This document shows positions 10,416-22,198 of a stretch of 64,000 nucleotides of DNA, one piece after another (position 1 is the stretch's first letter; each line of letters opens with the position of its first letter). Origin of the DNA: a bacterium. GTDB lineage: Bacteria > UBA10199 > JACPAL01 > GCA-016699445. The notes under the pieces are model-generated. The model searched no databases. It was not told the DNA's origin and worked only from the letters and a program-made list of their open reading frames with translations. A program made the translations under genes and the position numbers. The stretch is from the NCBI GenBank assembly GCA_035454885.1, contig DATIGE010000038.1, positions 55,239 to 119,238 on the forward strand, read 5' to 3'.

Positions 10416-12809
10416 ATGACCAAACGTCTCGGCATACTCTCAATCTTTGCCTCCTTTATCATCACGGGACTCGCCCTGAGCTCTCCAGCTACGGCAGCCA
10501 CCTGGACCGTGACCAACGCCGCGGATGACGGCTCCTCGGGGACCCTCCGGACGATCATCGAAAATCCGGCCGTCATCGACGGCGACGTGATCGTCTTCGA
10601 TGCCAGCGTCACCACCGTCACCCTGACCGATGACCTCGACATCAACAAGAGCATCACGATCCGCGGAAACGGCGCGGGGACAACGATCATCGACGCCAAT
10701 GGCGCGGTCACGAACGACCGGGCCATCGACATCGACGCCGATGACCGGGGGGTGCATGTCGCCATCGAGGCCCTCACGGTCCAGGGGGGGCGTGAGGACT
10801 CGGGAACCGGCGGCGGCATTCGGATTCGCAACTCCGGCTCCCTCCTTCTGAGGGATTGCGAGGTCAAGGACAACCAGGTGACTGCGGGATCGACCGACGG
10901 CGGGGGTATTGCCATCGAATCCGACGGCGCCTTGGTCGTCGAAAACTCCACGATCTCGGACAACGCGGCGACGCAGGACGGCGGCGGCATTTATGCAAAC
11001 GCCGGCTTCATCGAAATCAAGAACAGCTCGATCGAGAACAATATCTCAAGCTTCGGCGCTTCCACCACGGACGGGGACGGCGGCGGCATCTACTCGGAAG
11101 ATGGAACCCTTAATATCATCGATACCGCCATCAAAGGAAACATCGCCGGCGACAACGACAGCACGTTCGACGATCCGGAGGATACGAGCAGCGAGGGCGG
11201 CGGCATCTACACGACGAGCGATCAATCGGCCACGATCACGGGGTCCGGCGCCTGCGAGATCAGCGGCAACAAGTCCGGTGGTGATGGCGGTGGAATTCAT
11301 AACGGCGAACTCATGTCGATCGATAACTGCCTCATCGACGATAACCATGCGATGAATGACCACGATGGCGGCGGCATCTACACGGAAGATCTTCTGACCC
11401 TGACGGACAGCACCGTCAGCAACAACGACGCCGAGGACAACGGGGGCGGCATCTACAACAGCGGATCACTCACAATCTTGAACAGCACGATCTCGGGCAA
11501 CACGGCCGACGTGGACGCGGACCCCGATGGAAGCCAGGGCGGAGGCATCTACACGGATAACTACTTCTTCCTCAGTGGCAGCGTCGTCCGCGGCAATATC
11601 TCCGTGAGCGGAGAAGGCGGCGGCATCTACTCGGACAGCTCCAACTACATCATCATCGAATCGAGCGTCATCGCCGACAACGAAGCCAGCGATCACGACG
11701 CCGGCGGGATCTATAACACCGGCGCCCCGATGATCATCCGCAACAGCACGATCTCCGGAAACCGGGCCCTCGGAGATGAGAACGGCGGCGGGACGGACAG
11801 TATCGGCGGCGGCATCGTCTCCTATTATCCCCTCATGATGTCGAACACGACCGTGGCCAACAACGAGGCCGACGGCGACGGCGGCGGCATCTATGCCTCC
11901 GGCGGCGACGATCACTTCTTCAACAACGTCACTATTTCGGGCAACGTCGCGGACCAAGAGGGCGGGGCCGATGGCGTCGGCGGCGGAATCTACAACGACG
12001 CCACCGGCGTCACGATTACCAATTCGATCCTCGCCGACAACTCCGATGACGCAACCGCGCCCGACTGCTTCAGCGATTTCTCGGCTGGTGCGGTTTTTAC
12101 GTCCCTCAGCGCCAATCTCATCGAAGTTACGACCGGATGCGACGTGACCGGTTTGGGACTCGTCACCGGCGACCCGGCCTTGGCCGCCCTGGCGGACAAT
12201 GGTGGCCCGGACGCCGGCGACCCCGACAGCCCCGAGCCGATCCTTACCAGCGCCATCGCGGCCGGCAGCGCGGCCTTGGACGCGGGCGACAGCGGGACCT
12301 GCGAGTTGGATGACGAGCGCGGTACGAGCCGGCCTCAAGGTCCGGCCTGCGATTTGGGGGCCTTTGAGCTCTTCACCGATACGGACGGCGACGGCATCGA
12401 GGACAACTCGGACAACTGCCCGTCGACCGCCAACGCCGGACAGGAAGACGGCGATGCCGACGGCGTCGGAGACGTCTGCGACAACTGCGCGGACGATGCC
12501 AACGCCGATCAGGCCGACACCGACGGCGACGGAACGGGAGACGCCTGCGAGGCGGCCGTGACGCCTGCCACGGATACCGACGGGGACGGCGTCCCGGATT
12601 CGACGGATAATTGCGATGCCGTCGCCAACGCGGACCAGGCAGATGCAGACGCTGACGGGATCGGCGACGCGTGTGACGCGGAAGACGGCGGGGGCGGTTG
12701 CAGCCTCAACGCCGGTTCCACCGCCGCGCGCGGAGCCACGGAGGGTCTTTCAATGTTCCTGATGTCGATCCTGGCCTTTGCCGGATTATGCCTGTTCCGG
12801 GGTAGGCGC
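10416..12809 (+). CDS. Array unit C: paralogous beta-helix repeat protein with TSP3 repeats and full GGCSL-TM-RGRR sorting tag (no stop; continues into unit D)
   Basis: GAGGAG RBS 9-14 nt upstream of ATG 10416. Signal peptide [41 protein letters not shown]-domain. GGGIY repeats. Four TSP3 repeats. Tail [41 protein letters not shown]. First unit of 3089-aa ORF 10329..19598. Confidence 0.8.
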
Positions 12810-15068
12810 GTGGCCCGCCGTGCCCTTCCGGCCGCGGCGATCCTGCTCCTGTTTTCCAGCACCGGCCGAGCGGCGGACATAACCGTCACGAGCCTCCTGG
12901 ACGACGGTACACCAGGGACACTCCGCAATGCGATCGCGACCGCGCTGGACGGGGACGTGATCATCGTTCCGGCTGGAACCATCGTACTCACCCTGGCGGG
13001 CGGCGCCTTTGACGCCGACACATTCCCGGATTTGGACATTACGAAAACAATCACCATCCAGGGCGCCGGGGCCGGAAGCACCTTCATCGACGGCAGCGGC
13101 GACCTGACCGCCGACCGCGTCTTTCATATCGATCCCAACGACACCGGGGCGGGGGCGACCCTCGAAGGCATGACCATCCAGGCCGGAAAGCCTTCGGCCA
13201 ACGGCGGCGGCGTCCTCATCGACAACCGGGGCTCCCTGACCCTTGTCGACAGCGTCGTGAGCGACAACGAGACCAATGGAGCGGACGGCGGCGGCATTTA
13301 TCTGAATGAGGGCGCCTTGGCCGTGATCCGCTCGACCGTCCGGACCAACGTCGCCGACGGCAACGGCGGAGGCATCTACAATACCAGCGGCTCCCTGATC
13401 ATCTCCGATGGGAGTTCCGTCACCGGCAACATCGCGACCTCCTCCGGGGGAGGCATCTATACCGATGCGGGAGGGCTCGACGTCATCAACAGCCAAATCA
13501 ACAACAACGATGCGGACAGCGACGGCGGCGGTATCTACAACGGCTACACGGCCGTGGTCCTGAACAATTCGGATTTGAGCGGCAATACGGCCGAGGGCAA
13601 CGGCGGCGGCGTTTACAATGGTTATACGCTGCTGATCTCTGCCTCCACGGTCTCCCACAATCAGGCCCTGAATGACAGTGACGGCGGCGCTGTCTTCAAT
13701 GACGTGGAGCTCTGGGTCGAAGACAGTACCCTTTCCGACAATGGAGCCGATGACGATGGCGGCGCCATCTACAACAACTCAACGGCCGTGATCGAGCGCA
13801 GCACGATCGCCGACAATGCCACCGATATCGACTCCGACGGCTCCGAGGGCAATGGCGGCGGGATCAACACCGACGGTGATCTCTACGTGCGGGAGAGCAG
13901 CATCCTGAGAAACGTGGCCGGCGGCGGCGGCGTCGGGGGCGGTATCTCCGGCACGGGCAGTGAGTACACGGTCATTGATCGGAGCACCATTGCCGACAAC
14001 GTGGCCGCGGATAACGACGGCGGAGGCATCTATTTCGACAATTCCCAGACCATCATCACGAACAGCACCATCTCCGGCAACATCGCCCTGGGGGATCAGC
14101 ACAATTCGGCCTCAACCGACAGCCAGGGCGGCGGCATTTGGCACGACGAAGCGCTGACCATGACCAATTGTACGGTCGTCGGGAACCGTGCCGACGGCGA
14201 CGGCGGTGGGATCTACGTGAATTCCGACAGCGATGCGAACATCATCCTGAGCAACGTGACGATCACGGGCAATACCGCCGATGCCAACGAAGGAGGCTTC
14301 TCGGGCGGCGAAGGCGGAGGCGTCTTCAACGATCAGGGTGTGCTGCTCACCAATTCCATCATCGCCGGGAACACGGACGCCAGCTTCATTTCCACTTCCC
14401 CCGATTGCTACAGCAACTTTACCGGGGATGGTAACAACTTCACCGTCGTCGGACCGAATATCATCCAAAATCTGGATGGTTGCGAGGTCGTGGGAGACGT
14501 CTCAAGTCTCCGGAGCGACGATCCGCTCTTCGACCCGGCCGGCCTGGCCGACAACGGTGGCCCGACCCAGACCTTGGCCCTTCAGGCCGCGAGCCCTGCC
14601 TTGGACGTGGGTGACAACGGCTCCTGCGAACTCACCGACCAGCGCGGCACTGCGCGGCCCCAAGGCGCGGCTTGCGACTTGGGCGCCTTCGAATTGGAGC
14701 CCGACGCCGATGGCGACGGGATTCCCAATACTTTGGACAACTGCCCCGACGTCTCCAATGCGGACCAAACCGACACGGACGGCGACGGCGCGGGTGACGC
14801 CTGCGACACGGACGACGACGGAGACGGCGTCGCCGACGGGGTCGACAACTGCCCTCTGGTCGCCAACGCGGACCAGGCCGATGAAGACGGCGACGGGATC
14901 GGCGCCGCCTGCGACACCGATGACACCGGCGGCGGCACGACCGGCGGCGGAGGAAACGGTGGGGGATGCGGCCTAGTCGCGAGTGGTGATGCGAAGCCTC
15001 ATGTCACCTTCTGGGCCGTGTTCGCCGGCCTTGCGGCCTTAGCGGCGCTTCGGATGAGGAAAATCGCG
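12810..15068 (+). CDS. Array unit D: paralogous beta-helix repeat protein with TSP3 repeats and full GGCGL-TM-RMRK tag (no stop; continues into unit E); start codon uncertain (GTG)
   Basis: Signal-peptide-like (M/V)[20 protein letters not shown] followed by [24 protein letters not shown]. No in-frame ATG at the boundary, so GTG 12810 is proposed. Tail [39 protein letters not shown]. Confidence 0.65.
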
Positions 15069-17411
15069 ATGAAAAAAGGCTTTTGGATTTTGGCGCTGGC
15101 GTCATTGTTGCTTCCGTCCACCGCCGGTGCGGTTACCTACAACGTCGATCCAAACTCGATGGGTGCGGCGCCGACCGTTCCGGACGGAGATCCGGGGTCC
15201 CTGCGTTTCTATCTCGAGAACATCGCGCTCGCGGACGGCGACACCGTCGTCATCCCGTCAGGCACGGTCAATCTCGACTCAACCATCGGGGAGATTGAAA
15301 TCAGGCGGAACGTAACGATCCAGGGCGCAGGCGCTTCCGACACCATCATCGACGGAAACGGGGCCGGAGGCGGCGACGATCGCGTCTTCAGCATCGACCC
15401 GGACGACACCGGCATCGCGGTGACCATCTCGGGGGTCACCATCACGGGCGGCGATGTGGGCGCCAGCGGCGGCGGCATTCTCCTGAGCTGGACAGCGAGT
15501 CTGACCCTCATTGATTCGGTGGTCGACGGAAACCACTGCACCACCAGCGGTGGCGGCATCGATGTGGAGGATCAGGGAACCCTCGTGCTCATCAACAGCA
15601 CGGTCTCCAACAACACCGCGGACAACGACGGCGGCGGTATCTGGAGCGGCGAGGGGTTCGTCCATGTCATCGGCAACAGCGTCATTGGGCCCAATAATCA
15701 GGCCCTCGGCAGCTACGGCGGCGGCATTTACACTAGCGGCGGCGTCCTTCAGATCGTGGACAGCCAGGTCACGGGCAACCGCGCGGACGATTATGGCGGC
15801 GGGCTCTATCTCGACAGCAACCAAGATACCTCGGCCTATCTCCTGAATTGCGAGATCACCAACAACGCGACCATCAACGATGACGGCGGGGGGATCTATA
15901 ACGACAGCACCCTCTTCATCGACAACTGCCGGATCGCCGGAAACACAGCAGACGGAGACGGCGGCGGCATCGACAATAGTGAACATCTCACCCTAATCAA
16001 CAGCACCATCTTCGGCAATCACGCCAACGAAAGCGCGGGTGGTATCTACAACGACGACGGTCTCACAATCAGCAACTCGACCATTTCCGAGAATATCGCC
16101 GACTTTAACGACGACGGTTCCGGCGGTTACGGCGGCGGAATCTACAATAACGACTATCTTTCACTCTCCGACAGCTTGGTCAGCAACAATATTTCAATCA
16201 GCAACAACGGCGGCGGTATCTATTTCAACGATTACGCCGTTCTGGACGGAGTGGCCGTCACGGGCAACATCGCCCAAGACGACGACGGAGGCGGCCTTTA
16301 TGTCGACGGGGACCCGGTTGTCCTACGGAACTGCACCATTTCCGGAAACGCCGCCCGCAACAACAGCGACGGGGGTGGACTTTATACGACCTATGCGATG
16401 GATATCTCCAACACGACCATCGCCAACAATACGGCAGACGGCAACGGCGGCGGACTTTACAACGATTCCGGCGGTGACGGCATCCTTCTCAACAACGTGA
16501 CCATTACGGGTAACGAATCGGACGCGGATGCGGCCGGCGGTGGTGACGGCGGCGGATTCTATGACGACAACTCGGACGCCGTCATGATCAACACGATCAT
16601 CGCGGGCAATACGAGCCCCAACCTGGGGGATGACTGCATCAGCGATTCGACCGCCGGCGCGAGTACGTTGACCTCGGGCGGTCCCAACTTCGTCGGTGTC
16701 GTCGATACCGACTGCGACATTGAGGGCGACGATACGGCCGTCCTGACCGGAGACCCCGGCTTCGCCGCGGCCGGCCTGGCCGACAACAACGGTCCCTTGG
16801 TCGGAGACCCCGAGGCCCCGGTCCGGTTGCAGACGGTTGCCCTGGCCCCGGCCAGTGCCGCGGCCGAAGCGGGCGACAATGCAAGTTGCGCCTTGACCGA
16901 CGAGCGCGGCGTGACCCGGCCCCAGGGCGCCGATTGTGACCTGGGAGCGTTTGAACTGGTCGTGGATACCGACGGCGACGGGGTAAGCGACGACGTCGAC
17001 AACTGCCCCGCTGCATCCAACGCCGATCAGGCGGACGGTGATGCCGACGGTGTGGGCGACGTCTGTGACAACTGTCCGGCGGACGCCAACGCCGACCAGG
17101 CGGACGCGGACGGCGACGGGACGGGCGACGTCTGCGAGGCGCCTCCCGCGGTCTGCGGCAATGGAGACGTGGAGACCGGTGAAGGATGCGACGACGGCGA
17201 TACGGACGCGGGAGACGGTTGCAGCGACACCTGCAGCGTGGAAGCCGGTTTCACCTGTTCCGGGGAGCCCTCCGTCTGCACCGAAACGGCCGGGGACGGC
17301 GGAGGCTGCTCCCTGACGGACGGGGGCACATCGGCGGCTGCGACCGGCCCCTTGATGGCGATTTTCGCAGGTTTAGGGGTCCTGTTTCTCCGTCGCATGG
17401 GGAAAAAAACA
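15069..17411 (+). CDS. Array unit E: paralogous beta-helix repeat protein with TSP3 repeats, Myxococcus-type Cys-rich repeat and full GGCSL-TM-RRMGKK tag (no stop; continues into unit F)
   Basis: GAGGA RBS 8-12 nt upstream of ATG 15069. Signal peptide [39 protein letters not shown] repeats. TSP3 repeats. [35 protein letters not shown] (Myxo_disulf_rpt-like). Tail [39 protein letters not shown]. Confidence 0.75.
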
Positions 17412-19598
17412 ATGAAAAAGGCTCTGTTGGGCATGGGATTTCTGGCCTTGATGCTTCCGGCGGGCACGGTGGGTGCGGCGACCTTTACCGTGACGAAGAT
17501 CACGGACGACGCCCCGGATGGCAACTGCGACGCCGATTGCTCCCTGCGCGAGGCCGTTATTGCGGCCAATGCAAGCGTCGGAGTTGATGACGAAATCGTG
17601 ATTCCGGCCGGAATCTATCAGTTGACCATTGCCGGCGCGGGCGAGGACCTTGCCGCGACGGGCGATCTTGACATTACGGACAATGTGATCATCACCGGAT
17701 CCGGCTCTCTGACGACCGTCATTGAAGGCAATGGTGCCGCCACTGGAGATCGGGTCTTTCATATCGATGCCGGCGCGAGTCCCGGCGTTGCCGCGAGCGT
17801 CGTGATGACCGGCGTCACCATTCAAGGAGGCAATGTCAGTGGGAGCGGGGGTGGAATAAACATCGACAATCGCGGTTTCTTGAGGATCGTAGACAGCCTC
17901 GTCTTTGGAAATGACGCTACAGGCGATGGCGGCGGTATTCACTTGGACGATGACGGTTCGGGCCTAGTCGTGGAAAACTGTACCCTTTCCAATAATATCT
18001 CGGAGGACGATGGCGGAGCCATCAGCAACGACGACGGCTCCCTTCTCGTCAAGAACAGCACGATTGCTGAAAACAAGGCCGGCGATGACGGCAGCGGAAA
18101 CGGCGGCGGCATCTACAACAACGAGGACGGGGCCGAGATCATTGACACCCGGGTCGTTGACAACGAGACTGGAAGTTCGAGCGGCGACGGCGGCGGCATC
18201 ATGAATGACTACGGGGCGATGACCATCACCGGCAGCGGCAACTGCGAAATCAGCGGAAACCGCACCCTTGCCGGCGAGGGTGGGGGAGTCGACAACGAAT
18301 ACACCATGCTGATCGACAACTGCCTGATCGCCGAAAACCAGGCCCTGGACGACAACGACGGCGGCGGTGTCTACAACGACGATGAGATGGTGATCCTGAA
18401 CAGCACGATCAGCGGGAACCGCTCCGAAGACAGCGGCGGGGGCGTCTATAACTACTACCACATCACCATCGACAACAGCACGATCGCCGACAACATCGGA
18501 GACACCGACGAGGATGGAGGCGGCGGCGGCGAAGGCGGCGGCGGGATCCACTTCGACGACTGGAGCACGGTCAGTAACTCCATCATTTCCGGAAACACAC
18601 ATCTGACCGGAGAGGGCGGCGGTATCGACGCCTATTACTACTTCGTCCTCGATAACTGCCTCATTACCGGCAACACCGCGGCGGACAATGACGGCGGCGG
18701 GATTGCGACCGATTACCCCGGCGTCATCCGGAACACTCTGATCAGCGACAATCGTGCCCTTGGGGATCAGAATAATTCGGCCACGGACGACAGCAATGGC
18801 GGCGGCATTGCGACAGACTACCCGCTCCAGATCATCAACACGACCATTGTCAACAACCAGGCGGATGGCCATGGCGGCGGAATTTGGAGTGATGATAAGC
18901 TGGACTTGAACAACGTGACGATCGCCTTCAACACGTCGGACGCGAATGAGGGAGGTTTTACGGGCGGCGACGGCGGCGGAATTTACAACGATGATGACAT
19001 GGTATTCAGCAATACCCTCATTGCCGGCAATACCGACGCGAGCCCCGGCGCCGAGGCCCCGGATTGCCTCAACGACTTCACGGGTGCCGGGAACAGCATG
19101 GCTTCGAGCGGGCCCAACATAGTCCAAGACCCGTCTGGTTGTGAGATCACCGGTGATCCGACGGGCGTCCTGAATGTGGACCCCCTCTTTGATCTGGCGG
19201 GTCTGGCGGACAACGGCGGTCGGTTCGCCGGCGACGAGCCGACCTCGGTGGTCCAAAGCCTCTCCCTGCAGGCCGGGAGCCCCGCGATTGACGCCGGTAA
19301 CAACGCCACCTGCGACCCGACCGACCAGGTCGGTACCGATCGTCCCGTCGGCGACGCCTGTGACCTGGGCGCCTTGGAGGTTACAACCCCCGCGGCCCCC
19401 CCGGTTCCGCCGGTCGTGCCTGCTGTTTGTGGAAACGGCGACGTGGAGACCGGTGAGGGCTGCGATGATGGCGACACCACTGCGGGCGACGGTTGCAGCG
19501 CTACCTGTGTGGTCGAAGATGGCTTTACCTGCACGGGTGAACCGTCGGTCTGTACCGAGGAGTCGGGAGGCAGCGGCGGTTGCAGCTTGATTAGATAA
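17412..19598 (+). CDS. Array unit F: paralogous beta-helix repeat protein with canonical CSLREA motif, Myxococcus-type Cys-rich repeat, no TSP3 repeats, truncated tag GGCSLIR-stop
   Basis: ATG 17412. Signal peptide [23 protein letters not shown]-domain ...[31 protein letters not shown] repeats. Ends ...[56 protein letters not shown] with TAA 19596-19598. Confidence 0.75.
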   Translation: MKKALLGMGFLALMLPAGTVGAATFTVTKITDDAPDGNCDADCSLREAVIAANASVGVDDEIVIPAGIYQLTIAGAGEDLAATGDLDITDNVIITGSGSLTTVIEGNGAATGDRVFHIDAGASPGVAASVVMTGVTIQGGNVSGSGGGINIDNRGFLRIVDSLVFGNDATGDGGGIHLDDDGSGLVVENCTLSNNISEDDGGAISNDDGSLLVKNSTIAENKAGDDGSGNGGGIYNNEDGAEIIDTRVVDNETGSSSGDGGGIMNDYGAMTITGSGNCEISGNRTLAGEGGGVDNEYTMLIDNCLIAENQALDDNDGGGVYNDDEMVILNSTISGNRSEDSGGGVYNYYHITIDNSTIADNIGDTDEDGGGGGEGGGGIHFDDWSTVSNSIISGNTHLTGEGGGIDAYYYFVLDNCLITGNTAADNDGGGIATDYPGVIRNTLISDNRALGDQNNSATDDSNGGGIATDYPLQIINTTIVNNQADGHGGGIWSDDKLDLNNVTIAFNTSDANEGGFTGGDGGGIYNDDDMVFSNTLIAGNTDASPGAEAPDCLNDFTGAGNSMASSGPNIVQDPSGCEITGDPTGVLNVDPLFDLAGLADNGGRFAGDEPTSVVQSLSLQAGSPAIDAGNNATCDPTDQVGTDRPVGDACDLGALEVTTPAAPPVPPVVPAVCGNGDVETGEGCDDGDTTAGDGCSATCVVEDGFTCTGEPSVCTEESGGSGGCSLIR

Positions 19599-19604
19599 TA
19601 CGAA

Positions 19605-19676
19605 GGGCGAACACGAGGTTCGCCCCGACACTATCTCGAAGGCGGCCCTCGAAAGAGGGTCGCCTTTTTTGTTTTG
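19605..19676 (+). terminator. Tandem hairpins / rho-independent terminator after beta-helix array
   Basis: gggcgaacacgaggttcgccc hairpin, then ggcggccctc-gaaa-gagggtcgcc stem followed by TTTTTTGTTTT. Confidence 0.6.
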
Positions 19677-19678
19677 CC

Positions 19679-20986
19679 ATGCTACCCCCCGAATTCATGA
19701 TGTCTTACCTTCAAAAACAGGACCCCGACATCCACGCCGCCATCCACGGCGAGACGGAGCGCCAGGAATTCACCCTGGAAATGATCGCGTCCGAGAACTT
19801 CGTCTCGCGGGCCGTTTTGGAGGCGGCCGGGAGCGTGATGACGAACAAATACGCCGAGGGCTACCCCGGTAAGCGCTATTACGGCGGCTGCGAGTTCGTG
19901 GACCGGGCGGAGGACCTGGCGCGGGACCGGGTCAAGAGGCTCTTTGGCGCCGAATACGCCAACGTCCAGCCGCACTCCGGCTCCCAGGCCAACATGGGCG
20001 TGTATTTCACGTTCCTCAAGCCAGGAGATAAGGTCATGGGGATGAACCTGTCCCATGGCGGCCACCTGACGCACGGATCACCCGTCAATTTTTCCGGTCA
20101 ACTTTATAATTTTGCCGCCTACGGGGTGGACCCCAAGACGGGGCGGATCGACTACGACCGGTGCGCGGATCAGGCCAAGAAGGAACGTCCCAAGATGATC
20201 ACGGTGGGAGCCTCGGCCTATTCACGCAACATCGACTACAAGAAGTTCCGGGAGATCGCGGATTCCGTCGGGGCCTTTCTCTTCGCCGACATCGCCCACC
20301 CGGCGGGACTGATCGCGAAGAAGCTCCACAACGACCCCGTGCCGCATTGCCATGTGGTGACCTCGACGACGCACAAGACCCTCCGGGGACCCCGCGGCGG
20401 CTTGATCCTGATCGGCAAGGACTACGAGAACCCCTTCGGCCTCGTCGCGCCCAAATCGGGGCGCGTGAAGAAGATGAGCGAACTGATCGACTCGATGATC
20501 ATCCCGGGCATCCAGGGCGGGCCGCTCATGCACATTATCGCCGCCAAGGCGGTGGCCTTTGAGGAGGCCCTGCAGCCGGCGTTCGAGGACTACGCCCGCC
20601 AGATCATCAAGAACGCGCAGGCCCTCGCCCAAACGCTGGTGGACCTGGGCTACAACCTGGTCTCCGGCGGGACGGACAATCACCTGATGCTGGTGGACTT
20701 GAGAAACAGGAAGGTCACCGGCAAGGACGCCCAAGAGGCCCTCGAAGAGGCCGGGATCACGGTCAACAAGAACGCGGTCCCCTTCGACGACCAGAGTCCT
20801 CTCATCACCAGCGGCATCCGGATCGGCACCGCGGCCCTCACGACGCGGGGTATGAAGGAACCGGAGATGAAGACGATCGGGGGTTGGATCCATACGGTCC
20901 TGTCTGACCTCAAGAATGAAAAGGCGAAGCGCGAGGTGAGGGAGAGTATCCGCGCGCTCTGCAAGAAATTCCCCCTGTATTTGTGA
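19679..20986 (+). CDS. glyA: Serine hydroxymethyltransferase
   Basis: 435 aa. ...[42 protein letters not shown]...[14 protein letters not shown]... PLP Lys motif. True start may be the second or third Met (MSYLQ...) at ~19700. Confidence 0.9.
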   Translation: MLPPEFMMSYLQKQDPDIHAAIHGETERQEFTLEMIASENFVSRAVLEAAGSVMTNKYAEGYPGKRYYGGCEFVDRAEDLARDRVKRLFGAEYANVQPHSGSQANMGVYFTFLKPGDKVMGMNLSHGGHLTHGSPVNFSGQLYNFAAYGVDPKTGRIDYDRCADQAKKERPKMITVGASAYSRNIDYKKFREIADSVGAFLFADIAHPAGLIAKKLHNDPVPHCHVVTSTTHKTLRGPRGGLILIGKDYENPFGLVAPKSGRVKKMSELIDSMIIPGIQGGPLMHIIAAKAVAFEEALQPAFEDYARQIIKNAQALAQTLVDLGYNLVSGGTDNHLMLVDLRNRKVTGKDAQEALEEAGITVNKNAVPFDDQSPLITSGIRIGTAALTTRGMKEPEMKTIGGWIHTVLSDLKNEKAKREVRESIRALCKKFPLYL

Positions 20987-21444
20987 AATGCCCTTTCTGT
21001 AACCATCCCAACAGCAGCGTCGTCGACAGCCGCGACTCCAAGGAAGGCGAGACGATCAGGCGCCGGCGCGAGTGCGACACGTGCGGCAAGCGGTTTACCA
21101 CCTACGAGCGCGTCGAGGAGCTCCTCCCCCTCGTCATCAAAAAGGACGGCCGCCGCGAGCCGTTTGACCGCAAGAAGATCGTCGGCGGCATCCAGAAGGC
21201 CTGCGAGAAGAGGCCCGTGCCCATGGAGAAGATCGAGGAGACCGTCGACCGGATCGAGCGGGAGATCGTCGAATTGGGCGAGAAAGAAGTGAACTCCAAG
21301 GAGATCGGCGAGCGGATCATGCGCGCCTTGCACGATCTGGATCACGTCGCCTACGTCCGATTCGCCTCCGTCTACCGGGACTTCAAGGACGTGAACCAAT
21401 TCCTAAACGAACTGCAGGGGCTGCTCAACGATAAGAAGAAATAA
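20983..21444 (+). CDS. nrdR: Transcriptional repressor NrdR
   Basis: 153 aa [46 protein letters not shown]... Zinc ribbon plus ATP-cone. ATGA overlap with glyA. Confidence 0.9.
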   Translation: MKCPFCNHPNSSVVDSRDSKEGETIRRRRECDTCGKRFTTYERVEELLPLVIKKDGRREPFDRKKIVGGIQKACEKRPVPMEKIEETVDRIEREIVELGEKEVNSKEIGERIMRALHDLDHVAYVRFASVYRDFKDVNQFLNELQGLLNDKKK

Positions 21445-22198
21445 AGTCCTGAATTCGCGCATCCGTCGCCGCCGCGACGCTTTCCGAGGCCCGATGCAGG
21501 ACCGTGATGCCCCGCGTGAAAGGGTCGACCATCACCTGAAATTCGATGAAGACGGGCTCGCCGCGAAGAAAACCGAAGAGGGTATGGCGAAAGCATCGGC
21601 CCCTCCGGTGGCATGCCCGCTCCGCGAGCGCATTTAAGTCGTCGTCCGTCGGCAGGGGGTTCCGTGACGGCGGATGGACATGCGCCACCCAGGTCACGTC
21701 GAAAAAAGATTCCTCGAAAACATCGTAGGTTTCGCCTCCCAGGACGGACCGGTCGGACGCCGAGGGAGAGCCCTCGCGCACCTCGTAGCGCGATGGCCGA
21801 GAGGCCGGTCCGTGGCGGAAGAGCGAGTAGTGGTGACCCGTCAGTTGGGAGCGATTGATGAGGTAGTCGACGATCTCCTGAGGGAGGGTCGTATGAGGGA
21901 GCCGGACGGTGAAGGCCGAACGGTAGGGCGTCCACGCGTTGGGAGAACGGTGACTCGCGCCGGCGGGAAAGAAGACCGAGGGCGCGTCGGAGAAATGCGT
22001 TTCCAAGTGGTTTCCATGGACCGGTCCGGGAAGGGGCTCCGACGCAGAAACGGCCATGGGCGCACCGGCCCTGGCCTGCACGTAGGCGTTCGCGGCGAGA
22101 TAGGCTTGGACGGCGAATAGACCCAAAGACATGGCGCTTTCTTCGCCGGGGGAGCGTTCAAAGTTGCCAACTAAAGATACCGGTGTTTGCGGAACCAT
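21425..22198 (-). CDS. Hypothetical protein (start uncertain)
   Basis: 257 aa ORF with balanced composition, unlike surrounding Arg/Gly-rich spurious frames. Contains [16 protein letters not shown] (HxHP...T.D, weakly JAMM-like). Convergent 20-nt overlap with nrdR. Confidence 0.4.
   Translation of the reverse strand: MVPQTPVSLVGNFERSPGEESAMSLGLFAVQAYLAANAYVQARAGAPMAVSASEPLPGPVHGNHLETHFSDAPSVFFPAGASHRSPNAWTPYRSAFTVRLPHTTLPQEIVDYLINRSQLTGHHYSLFRHGPASRPSRYEVREGSPSASDRSVLGGETYDVFEESFFDVTWVAHVHPPSRNPLPTDDDLNALAERACHRRGRCFRHTLFGFLRGEPVFIEFQVMVDPFTRGITVLHRASESVAAATDARIQDFISSYR

Larger units (their letters stand above)
5872..19598 (+). repeat. Tandem array of six paralogous gene units, internally composed of ~22-25 aa GGGIYN beta-helix repeats and DxDxDG TSP3 repeats
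   Basis: Units A-F share domain order and many identical peptide stretches (for example [38 protein letters not shown]) but differ at nucleotide level. Confidence 0.8.

Noticed and set aside
5872-19598. CRISPR array or IS-element interpretation of the highly repetitive region
   Set aside because: Repeats are in-frame codon-level protein repeats (GGGIYN, DxDxDG) of variable sequence. They are not direct DNA repeats with spacers. No transposase, inverted terminal repeats or cas genes are present.
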